NCBI GenBank assembly: GCA_963663995.1
Contig: OY760660.1
Span: 180,001-212,000 of the forward strand
From: Erysipelotrichaceae bacterium
Lineage (GTDB): Bacteria > Bacillota_I > Bacilli_A > Erysipelotrichales > Erysipelotrichaceae
Direction of reading: 5' to 3'
Length of the DNA: 32,000 bases
The position numbers and the translations under genes are program-made. How positions within the stretch are numbered: position 1 is the stretch's first letter; each line of letters begins with the position of its first letter. The notes beneath the pieces are model-generated. The model was not told where the DNA came from. It saw only the letters and a program-made list of their open reading frames with translations, and ran no database searches. Positions 9,170 through 16,335 of the stretch are shown here, piece by piece.

Positions 9170-9670
9170 ATGAAAATAAAATGTTGTAACTGTGGATCAG
9201 AAAATTGTATGCCTGTTGAATATGGAACTGTAGATAAAACAATGATTAAACGCATTGAAAAAGGTGAAATTCTACATGGTGGATGTGCTGTAAGTGGATT
9301 GATGCAGAAGTATTATTGCCTTGATTGTGATAGTCGATTTGATGATTTATGTACTGATTTGTTTATGAATCACATTAGACGAATTGAATACAAACATAAT
9401 AACGAGGTCATTGAAATTGCTTTTTCGAAAGAAAAACTTTATCTGAAAACAAAAGAGTTTGATAAAGAAATCGATTATAGCGATGACATTAAAGATCAAT
9501 TAAGAAAGACACAAGTTGAATACTATCAATCTGTCTCACCAAGTAGCTATCAAATAAGAATTGAATGCTTTGGGTATATTCAAGATATCGTTGAAAAAGA
9601 AGGGAATATGATTGAACCTGTTAAGGCTGTATTATTTCAAAATTGGATAGAGGACTTACTAAAAAAATAA
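9170..9670 (+). CDS. hypothetical protein with an N-terminal four-Cys zinc ribbon
   Basis: CCNCGSENC near the N-terminus and YYCLDCDSRF about 40 residues later form a CxxC...CxxC pair. The remaining ~110 residues match no family I recognise. A clean terminator follows. Confidence 0.6.
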   Translation: MKIKCCNCGSENCMPVEYGTVDKTMIKRIEKGEILHGGCAVSGLMQKYYCLDCDSRFDDLCTDLFMNHIRRIEYKHNNEVIEIAFSKEKLYLKTKEFDKEIDYSDDIKDQLRKTQVEYYQSVSPSSYQIRIECFGYIQDIVEKEGNMIEPVKAVLFQNWIEDLLKK

Positions 9671-9693
9671 CGATGGGATGACCATCGTTTTTA
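9661..9693. terminator. bidirectional terminator shared by the 9170 gene and pyrR
   Basis: AACGATGG (9669-9676) pairs with CCATCGTT (9682-9689) around a GATGA loop, flanked by an A-rich run on the 5' side and a T-run on the 3' side. Confidence 0.7.
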
Positions 9694-10227
9694 CTTAATT
9701 AGATAAACATTATCTTCACCATCATCTTCATTGAGGTGAACAATAATTTTTTCATCTTGCGCAGTTGGAATGTTTTTACCCACATAATCTGGACGAATCG
9801 GTAATTCTCGATGTCCTCGATCAATTAGACAGGCTAGTTTAATTTTTTGAGGGCGAGAAATGTGCATAAGCGTATCTAGTGCAGCACGTATCGTACGACC
9901 AGTGTATAGAACATCATCAACAAGAATCACTGTCTTATTTTTGATGTCAAAATCAAGATGTGGAATCTCAGCATTTTTATTTACTTTATCATCGTCACGG
10001 AAATAAGAAATATCAATTTCTCCAACATTTAATCTGACATTTTCTAATTCTTGAATACGAGCAACAATTCTTTTAGCTAAGCTAATGCCCCGTGTTTTGA
10101 TACCAACAATACATACATTTTCCAATTCTTTATTTTGTTCGATGATTTCAAAACTAATACGAGTAAGTGAGCGACGTAAATGATCGGCGTCTAGGATAAT
10201 CTTTTTATTTTCTGGTAGGGATTTCAT
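9691..10227 (-). CDS. pyrR: bifunctional pyrimidine operon regulator / uracil phosphoribosyltransferase PyrR
   Basis: Collinear with B. subtilis PyrR: ILDADHLRRSLTRISFEI, GIKTRGI, the PRTase motif VILVDDVLYTGRTIRAAL, and DRGHRELPIRPDYVGKNIPT. Confidence 0.92.
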   Translation of the reverse strand: MKSLPENKKIILDADHLRRSLTRISFEIIEQNKELENVCIVGIKTRGISLAKRIVARIQELENVRLNVGEIDISYFRDDDKVNKNAEIPHLDFDIKNKTVILVDDVLYTGRTIRAALDTLMHISRPQKIKLACLIDRGHRELPIRPDYVGKNIPTAQDEKIIVHLNEDDGEDNVYLIK

Positions 10228-10235
10228 ACCTTACA

Positions 10236-10263
10236 ACTTTAACATAAAAAAGCCATGTTTCAA
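10236..10263 (-). promoter_or_regulatory. candidate pyrR promoter embedded in the upstream terminator hairpin
   Basis: On the minus strand, TTGAAA (10263-10258) is followed by a 16-nt spacer and TGtTAAAGT (10244-10236). The ATG at 10227 begins 9 nt after the hexamer, so the leader is 0-2 nt. Confidence 0.35.
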
Positions 10264-10273
10264 ACATGGCTTA
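10246..10273 (-). terminator. rho-independent terminator of the TetR-ABC operon
   Basis: AAGCCATG (10250-10257) pairs with CATGGCTT (10265-10272), followed on the minus strand by a U6 tract (10246-10251). It starts at the stop codon of the 64-aa ORF. Confidence 0.7.
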
Positions 10274-10465
10274 TTTAAATACGAAAGCTAAGACTAAGAA
10301 GATGGCTGCAAAGGTTAATAGAAGCATTTTATAACCTTTTTTGCCTAACTTTTGAATAAACCAACGTGTTTTTGGATTGCCTTCATAGAAGATGGGGATT
10401 TCCACAAAATACGCTACGATATACAATGCGGCAAATAGAAAGAATATTAAGCCTAGATAGTCCAT
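10271..10465 (-). CDS. small (64 aa) two-helix membrane protein, function unknown
   Basis: A strong AAGGAGG RBS lies 5 nt upstream. It has two hydrophobic segments and is the last gene of the ABC operon. Confidence 0.6.
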   Translation of the reverse strand: MDYLGLIFFLFAALYIVAYFVEIPIFYEGNPKTRWFIQKLGKKGYKMLLLTFAAIFLVLAFVFK

Positions 10466-10476
10466 ACTGTCCTCCT

Positions 10477-11196
10477 TTATAAGTATTTTTTCTTAAACAC
10501 GCCATAGAGCAGTGTTGTCAGTAAGATGTTATAGGCAAAGCCAATGATCAGATAAAGACTGGTATTTAAATACATTTCGACAAGACCTAAATCAATTGCT
10601 GGTTGTACAAGTTGATATTGAAAGGCTTTAAAGACCCAGAAGGCTGGCGCAAATGAGAAAATCCATTGTTTCCAATCTAGAAAGAAGAAGGAAACGATTG
10701 GGAATATCATCAAGAAACCTGAACCTTTCATCGCCATAAAGCCTTCTACTTTATTTGAAGCAAGTGCATTGATGATAAAGGCGTGGATAGGAATTTGAAG
10801 AGATGCTAAAGCTGTAAAGAGAATATATAGTCCAAGATCAATTTTCATATCAATCATGTAGTAAATGATAAAGTTTGAAAAGAAACCAAGTACGGTGACG
10901 AAGGCTACCTTAAACCAAACATAGAAACGAATATTAAGGGGAGAAATATTAATGGAAGTAAAGACATGATCATCACGATCATCCATGATAGAAAATCCAC
11001 CCATCGCACCAAAGACAACGCCAGAAATAATCGATAGTGATATCACAATAACTTGAACAGTTTGTTCAGCATAATCATTGTTATTTAAGAATGCATTTCC
11101 AATGAAACCAACTAAGAAAGGATAGATGAGAAACATCAAGGTCATGCGATCACGAATCACGTTTTTGAATTCGAATTTAATTAATCGAGCAATCAT
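10477..11196 (-). CDS. ABC-2-type transporter permease (second permease)
   Basis: Polytopic membrane protein of about six hydrophobic segments with a GGGGG RBS, in an operon with the ATPase. Confidence 0.7.
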   Translation of the reverse strand: MIARLIKFEFKNVIRDRMTLMFLIYPFLVGFIGNAFLNNNDYAEQTVQVIVISLSIISGVVFGAMGGFSIMDDRDDHVFTSINISPLNIRFYVWFKVAFVTVLGFFSNFIIYYMIDMKIDLGLYILFTALASLQIPIHAFIINALASNKVEGFMAMKGSGFLMIFPIVSFFFLDWKQWIFSFAPAFWVFKAFQYQLVQPAIDLGLVEMYLNTSLYLIIGFAYNILLTTLLYGVFKKKYL

Positions 11197-11199
11197 ACA

Positions 11200-11928
11200 T
11201 TAAACCCCCAAATCCTTTGTCGCAAAGTCTTTGAAATAAGGTAAGACTAAGAAGCGATACATGACAAAACTTAATCCAATGACATATGCACAATCAATTA
11301 AGTAATCAACGATATTAACCGAATCAGCAATCGATGCATTCATTAATCGCATTGTCACATCTGTTGGTGTCCAATAGAGATAGTCAGCCCAAGTAGCATC
11401 TAAGAGACCGACTTGAACCATCATCGTTGGAAAGACTAAGACAATCATCATTAACATGTAATTTAAAAGTAAAGCGGTAAAATCTTTTGAAATATAAGAG
11501 AGTATAATACCGATAAATACATAATAGGCAGTGACGAGTAGCACAGCAATCGCTAACCAATGAAAACCAAAGATAAAATCTTTTAAGAAATACATCGAAG
11601 CACCAATGATTCCAAACATAATGAATAAGTTAAGAACATTCGCTAATATCTTAGCCAGAATATATTCTGATTCTTGCATGGGTGAAATAAGCATACTTGA
11701 GATTGTATGTTCTTTCTTTTCAAAGAACATTTCAGCACCAATCAGTAAAGCTGTCATTGCTGAAGCTTCCATTAAGAAGACAAATGGAAGGAAGGATAAA
11801 AATTCATCTTTATCTAAAAAGTATCCAACCACTACCCAAATTAAGGCAACCACAAAAGAAGCAGTAAATAAGTTGTATTTAATCAGTCGATTAAATTCAC
11901 CACCGACTAAGTGTTTAAGCCTCGTCAT
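11200..11928 (-). CDS. ABC-2-type transporter permease (first permease)
   Basis: Polytopic membrane protein. Its start overlaps the end of the ATPase gene by 14 nt. Confidence 0.7.
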   Translation of the reverse strand: MTRLKHLVGGEFNRLIKYNLFTASFVVALIWVVVGYFLDKDEFLSFLPFVFLMEASAMTALLIGAEMFFEKKEHTISSMLISPMQESEYILAKILANVLNLFIMFGIIGASMYFLKDFIFGFHWLAIAVLLVTAYYVFIGIILSYISKDFTALLLNYMLMMIVLVFPTMMVQVGLLDATWADYLYWTPTDVTMRLMNASIADSVNIVDYLIDCAYVIGLSFVMYRFLVLPYFKDFATKDLGV

Positions 11929-12772
11929 GTAACTTAACTCCTGTTACTTGGATAAAGATTTCCTCTAATGTGGTTTCACCGGAGTGAATGGTTTCGACGT
12001 CATGTGATTTTAAGAAATCAGCAAATTCTTTTTTCTTAATATCATCCATTTCAAAGACTTTATTTTCAGTTTTGTCATTTTCCTTAAATTCGACTTTTAC
12101 GGTTCTTTGCCCATATTTGATTTTTAGATTTCGTGGGCTATCAACTTCGATGATTTTGCCATCAACAATGAAGGCAACGCGATCACATAACTCATCAACA
12201 TCTGCCATGATATGTGAAGTTAAGAAGACAGTTCCTCCATCCTTCGCAAAATCACGAATGATATCTTTTACGATACGTGCATTTTTTGGATCTAAACCAT
12301 TGGTGGGTTCATCTAAGAAAAGCATTTTTGGTTTATTAAGTAGGGCACGAACTAAATTCAAACGTATTTTCATCCCTTTAGAATAATCACCTGCAAGTTT
12401 ATTTCGATCTTCCCATAAACCAACACGTTCCATTAATGGTTGAATATCAGCATGGTTTTTATATAGTTTTTGAAAGAACTCTAGGTTTTCCATCGCTGTT
12501 AGTTTAGAAAATGAAATTGGCATTTCAAAACACACACCAATATCTTCATAGAAAGCATCATTAAATTCTTTTAAATTTTTACCATCAAACTCAATGTTCC
12601 CGTTTTGATATTTCAAAAGTTTGACAAGCAATTTTTGTGTGGTCGTTTTACCAGCACCACTAGGGCCAAGAAAACCAAAGATTTCACCTTTCGCGATTTC
12701 AAAATCAATCCCGCGAATGGTATCATCTGCATTTTTAGGATATTTATAGAATAATTCGGTAACTTTAAACAT
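11915..12772 (-). CDS. ABC transporter ATP-binding protein (exporter type)
   Basis: Walker A GPSGAGKTT, signature variant YSKGMKIRL, and Walker B MLFLDEPTNGLD. Confidence 0.9.
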   Translation of the reverse strand: MFKVTELFYKYPKNADDTIRGIDFEIAKGEIFGFLGPSGAGKTTTQKLLVKLLKYQNGNIEFDGKNLKEFNDAFYEDIGVCFEMPISFSKLTAMENLEFFQKLYKNHADIQPLMERVGLWEDRNKLAGDYSKGMKIRLNLVRALLNKPKMLFLDEPTNGLDPKNARIVKDIIRDFAKDGGTVFLTSHIMADVDELCDRVAFIVDGKIIEVDSPRNLKIKYGQRTVKVEFKENDKTENKVFEMDDIKKKEFADFLKSHDVETIHSGETTLEEIFIQVTGVKLHDEA

Positions 12773-13388
12773 TGTTTTCTCCTTTGGATACTAAGGTTCC
12801 ATTTTTTATGAGTTCTAGAACTTCTGATGTTTTTTGAATCATGCCTTCATAATCTTCTTTTTGAAAGTAATCAAGTAAGAGACTACGATTGATAGCGACT
12901 AATATATCACTTAAGAGTTGTGGATCGACATTTGACTTTATAATCTCTCGAGCTTGGTCTTTCTTAATTAAATGAATGAAATATTCAAGAAGACTTGGAT
13001 TATCTTGGCTAAGCTTTTGAATAAAATCACTTTTATCGTAATCCATTAAAAGACTGATTTTGTAAAAACGAGGTCGTTTCTGCATCCAAACTTTAATTTG
13101 ATAAATCATATGCATATAATGATCAAATAAAGTCGCATCTTCATCTAACTGCACAACATCCTTGAAGACTTCCATTTTTTCTTCAACGATAACTTTCATC
13201 ATTTCTAAATAACAATCTTCTTTATCTTCGAAATATTGATAAAAAGAACCACGCGATATCTGTGCTTGCTTGATGATGCGATTAATCGAAGCTTGAGAGA
13301 AGGAGTATTCACTGAATTCTTCAATGATAGCTTCCATAATCCGATTTCTTTTTTCATTATCTAATTGTTTGTAGGTATCTTTTGCCAT
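12765..13388 (-). CDS. TetR/AcrR family transcriptional regulator
   Basis: N-terminal TetR helix-turn-helix (FSQASINRIIKQAQISRGSFYQYFEDKED). It overlaps the ABC ATPase start by 8 nt. Confidence 0.88.
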   Translation of the reverse strand: MAKDTYKQLDNEKRNRIMEAIIEEFSEYSFSQASINRIIKQAQISRGSFYQYFEDKEDCYLEMMKVIVEEKMEVFKDVVQLDEDATLFDHYMHMIYQIKVWMQKRPRFYKISLLMDYDKSDFIQKLSQDNPSLLEYFIHLIKKDQAREIIKSNVDPQLLSDILVAINRSLLLDYFQKEDYEGMIQKTSEVLELIKNGTLVSKGENNV

Positions 13389-13404
13389 ATGACAACCTTG
13401 TCAT
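13389..13404. promoter_or_regulatory. perfect 16-bp palindrome, candidate TetR operator
   Basis: ATGACAACCTTGTCAT abuts the tetR start codon and overlaps the predicted tetR transcription start and the -35 of the divergent ABC promoter. Confidence 0.5.
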
Positions 13405-13416
13405 ATTCATTATAAT
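13389..13416 (+). promoter_or_regulatory. candidate promoter of the divergent ABC module
   Basis: ATGACA (13389-13394) is followed by a 16-nt spacer and TATAAT (13411-13416). This -10 box overlaps the minus-strand -10 box within ATTATAAT. Confidence 0.45.
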
Positions 13417-13437
13417 CATGTTATTTTGAGATTTCAA
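13409..13437 (-). promoter_or_regulatory. candidate tetR-operon promoter
   Basis: On the minus strand, TTGAAA (13437-13432) is followed by a 17-nt spacer and TATAAT (13414-13409). Confidence 0.55.
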
Positions 13438-13467
13438 GTTTACAATAAAACATATGGGAGACAAGTT

Positions 13468-14352
13468 ATGATAAAAGTAGAAAGTCTTACAAAAACGTAT
13501 GGAAATGGAAAAGGTATCTTTGATGTTTCATTTGAAGTTCATGATGGAGAGGTTTTTGGTTTTCTTGGTCCAAATGGAGCTGGAAAGACAACAACGATCC
13601 GTCAATTGTTAGGTTTTACTAATGCCGAAAAAGGAATATGTTCAATTAATGGTTTAGACACCAGAACTCAAGCACACATCATTAAAAAGAATTTAGGTTA
13701 TTTACCTGGTGAAATTGCTTTCTTTGATGATATGACAGGGATTCAGTTTTTAAGCTTTCTGCAAGACTTATCTGGACACAAAGATAAACAGTTACGCAAT
13801 GAACTAATCGCAACTTTTGAACTTGAAGCACATCGTAAAATAAGGAAAATGTCTAAAGGGATGAAACAAAAAGTCGCATTGATTGCAGCTTTTATGGATG
13901 ATCCTCAAGTTGTTATTTTAGATGAACCAACTTCTGGTTTAGACCCTTTGATGCAAAAACGCTTTATTGAATTTATTATTCAACAAAAAGAAAAAGGGAA
14001 AACAATTCTTATGTCTTCTCACATGTTTGAAGAAGTTGAAAGAACTTGTGAGCGCGTTGCGATTATTAAAGAAGGTCGCATTGTCGCAACAGAAAATATT
14101 GCTGATTTAAAATTGAAAATGCAAAAGCAGTATCTTGTGTCTACTAAAAACAAAACATCACTTAATAAAATCCTCAAATCAAAATTAGATGTTAAACAAA
14201 TCGCAGAAAATTTACTAGAAATAACTTTGCATAATAATTTAGATGAAATGATGGAAGTACTTTCAGCTTGTAAACTTGATGGTTTTGATTCGGTTTCGCA
14301 ATCACTTGAACAAATCTTTATTTCTTATTATGGGGAAGGGGCAAACGTATGA
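13468..14352 (+). CDS. ABC transporter ATP-binding protein
   Basis: Walker A GPNGAGKTTT, signature MSKGMKQKV, and Walker B VILDEPTSGLD. A GGGAG RBS favours the ATG at 13468 over the ORF-track start at 13426. Confidence 0.9.
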   Translation: MIKVESLTKTYGNGKGIFDVSFEVHDGEVFGFLGPNGAGKTTTIRQLLGFTNAEKGICSINGLDTRTQAHIIKKNLGYLPGEIAFFDDMTGIQFLSFLQDLSGHKDKQLRNELIATFELEAHRKIRKMSKGMKQKVALIAAFMDDPQVVILDEPTSGLDPLMQKRFIEFIIQQKEKGKTILMSSHMFEEVERTCERVAIIKEGRIVATENIADLKLKMQKQYLVSTKNKTSLNKILKSKLDVKQIAENLLEITLHNNLDEMMEVLSACKLDGFDSVSQSLEQIFISYYGEGANV

Positions 14353-15149
14353 TCTTATCTCTACTTAAATACAATATCAAAACTAATCGAGCTTTATTTA
14401 TTTCAATGGTCATCGTGATGTTGTTTTACTACTTAATTATTATGAGTATGTTTGATCCAGCCTCGGTTGATGCCTTAAACAATATGTTAGAACTGATGCC
14501 AAAAGAAATGATTGATGCATTAGGGTTCAATAACTTTGGATCAACTCTTTTAACTTTTATTGTTGGCTATATTTATGGTTTCCTTGTCTATTTATTCCCA
14601 ATGGTTATCACGATTGTAGTAAATCATAAGTTAGTTGCTTCGCTTGTTGATAAAGGATCGATGGCATATATTCTTTCTAGTCCAAATTCACGATTGAAAG
14701 TTATTGTGACGCAATGTATTACCTCCCTTCTGAATGTGACGATTTTCTTTACACTAATCACTCTCTTAACTTCACTAGTGGCTGAACTCATGTTCCCAGG
14801 GCAAATGGATTACTGGATGTATTTTAAAATAAATGTCTATAACCTCATTCAATTTTATGCGATTAGTGCTATTGTTTTCTTCGGTTCGAGTTTTGCGAGT
14901 GATTCAAAAACGTCACTAACAATAGGAGTAGGTGTTCCGATTGCTTTCTTAGTCATTCAAATGTTAGGAAATGTTGGAGATAAGTTTAGTTGGATGAGTA
15001 ATCTAACCATGTATACCTTATTTGATGCTGAAAAGATGATTGCAGGTGATTCATTTGTTTATCTTGGTATGGTTGGATTTACAGTGATTGCGTTTGCTTT
15101 ATATTCAGCTGCGATTTATATCTTCAATAAAAAGAACCTCTATATCTAA
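14349..15149 (+). CDS. ABC-2-type transporter permease
   Basis: Polytopic membrane protein with an ATGA start/stop overlap with the ATPase gene. Confidence 0.7.
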   Translation: MILSLLKYNIKTNRALFISMVIVMLFYYLIIMSMFDPASVDALNNMLELMPKEMIDALGFNNFGSTLLTFIVGYIYGFLVYLFPMVITIVVNHKLVASLVDKGSMAYILSSPNSRLKVIVTQCITSLLNVTIFFTLITLLTSLVAELMFPGQMDYWMYFKINVYNLIQFYAISAIVFFGSSFASDSKTSLTIGVGVPIAFLVIQMLGNVGDKFSWMSNLTMYTLFDAEKMIAGDSFVYLGMVGFTVIAFALYSAAIYIFNKKNLYI

Positions 15150-15160
15150 CAAAAATGTAA

Positions 15161-15195
15161 AAAAGGATACAAGCGCTCGTGATTGTATCCTTTTT
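15161..15195. terminator. rho-independent terminator (bidirectional geometry)
   Basis: GGATACAA (15165-15172) pairs with TTGTATCC (15183-15190), flanked by an A4 run on the 5' side and a T5 run on the 3' side. Confidence 0.75.
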
Positions 15196-15207
15196 ATGAG
15201 ATTAGAA

Positions 15208-16293
15208 TTACTTTTCAATAAATATGGAACGTGTAGGGAAGGCAAAATTTAACGCTTTCTCATCGAATATACGTTTAATTTCCAAATTTATCCTTTGTTG
15301 AATATCCATAAAAATCTTATAATCTGAATCTAAAATAAAATAGACTGTCGTAAAGTTTAAACTTGAATCATTGAAGGCATTGAAATGACATCGATCAAAT
15401 TCAACGCCATCAACATTCTTAATAATGTTTTCGATAATACTAGGAACTTCTTTAAGTTGTTCACTCGTTGTTGAATAGGTTAAACCAATGTTTAAGGTAA
15501 CACGTCGACGATTAAGTGTTTTATAGTTATGGATTCTCTCGTTAGTGAGGACTTTATTTGGAATAATAACCATTTCACCTAAGAGGGATCTTAATCGAGT
15601 CGTTTTTAAGCCAATGTATTCAATCGTACCACTGACTTCGCCAACTACGATGTAATCACCAACATCAAAAGGTTGATCGAAGGCAATTGTTACATAGGCT
15701 AATAAATCTTGAAAAACAGCTTGCGCTCCGAAGGCAACAGCGATACCACCAATTCCAAGTGAGGCAGCTAAAGTAGTAATTTCAACGCCCATATTATCTA
15801 AGAAGATAAGTAATGCGATGGTCCAAACAATAAACTTAAATAAGCCATTTAAGAATCGTAAGGGTTTAACAACTTTTTCATCCCCTTTATTGATACCTCT
15901 TTTGATAAATAAAGATATCAAGGCAGTCGTAATTTGTGAGAAGAGTAGAATCCCCACTGCATAGACAATAATATTCAACCAATAGGCTAAAGGGTTATGA
16001 ATTGTTAAAGACTGCAATGCGATTGTAAAAGAGAAATAGAAGATAAAAGGTTTCGTATACTTGCGCATACTCGTACTCATCCATTTTCCTAATACGCTAT
16101 CACTTGCTATTTGAGATTTTGCGAGAAAATTTTCTAAACTTTTTTGAATAAAAATGCTTAAAAACATACCTAATAAAATAATCCCTAAGGCCATACAATA
16201 TTGAAGTAAGGAATTAGAAAAGAATTCGATATTATTTAAATAATCAAAGATTGAAATTGAAACAGTGTTTTCTAAAAGCATAAAGGACTCCAT
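15208..16293 (-). CDS. mechanosensitive ion channel (MscS family)
   Basis: N-terminal transmembrane helices followed by the conserved MscS core (GIGGIAVAFGAQ, FDQPFDVGDYI, TTRLRSLLGEMVIIPN). The start may be 16293 or 16281; the latter has GGAG 6 nt upstream. Confidence 0.85.
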   Translation of the reverse strand: MESFMLLENTVSISIFDYLNNIEFFSNSLLQYCMALGIILLGMFLSIFIQKSLENFLAKSQIASDSVLGKWMSTSMRKYTKPFIFYFSFTIALQSLTIHNPLAYWLNIIVYAVGILLFSQITTALISLFIKRGINKGDEKVVKPLRFLNGLFKFIVWTIALLIFLDNMGVEITTLAASLGIGGIAVAFGAQAVFQDLLAYVTIAFDQPFDVGDYIVVGEVSGTIEYIGLKTTRLRSLLGEMVIIPNKVLTNERIHNYKTLNRRRVTLNIGLTYSTTSEQLKEVPSIIENIIKNVDGVEFDRCHFNAFNDSSLNFTTVYFILDSDYKIFMDIQQRINLEIKRIFDEKALNFAFPTRSIFIEK

Positions 16294-16335
16294 GGCTTTA
16301 CTTTATCATGAATTTTACTTTGTTTTAAAGGCTAA

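Noticed and set aside
9042-9242. A 66-aa minus-strand ORF in the AT-rich intergenic region.
   Set aside because: The AT-rich, low-complexity translation overlaps the promoter and start of the 9170 gene. It has no RBS.
10273-10470. A search for a PyrR-binding loop and antiterminator upstream of pyrR.
   Set aside because: No UCCAGAGAGG-like motif occurs on the minus strand. The region is a well-supported small membrane-protein ORF with a strong RBS.
11606-12386. Plus-strand ORFs of 108 and 132 aa.
   Set aside because: Both are antisense to the ABC permease and ATPase genes, whose Walker and signature motifs establish the coding strand.
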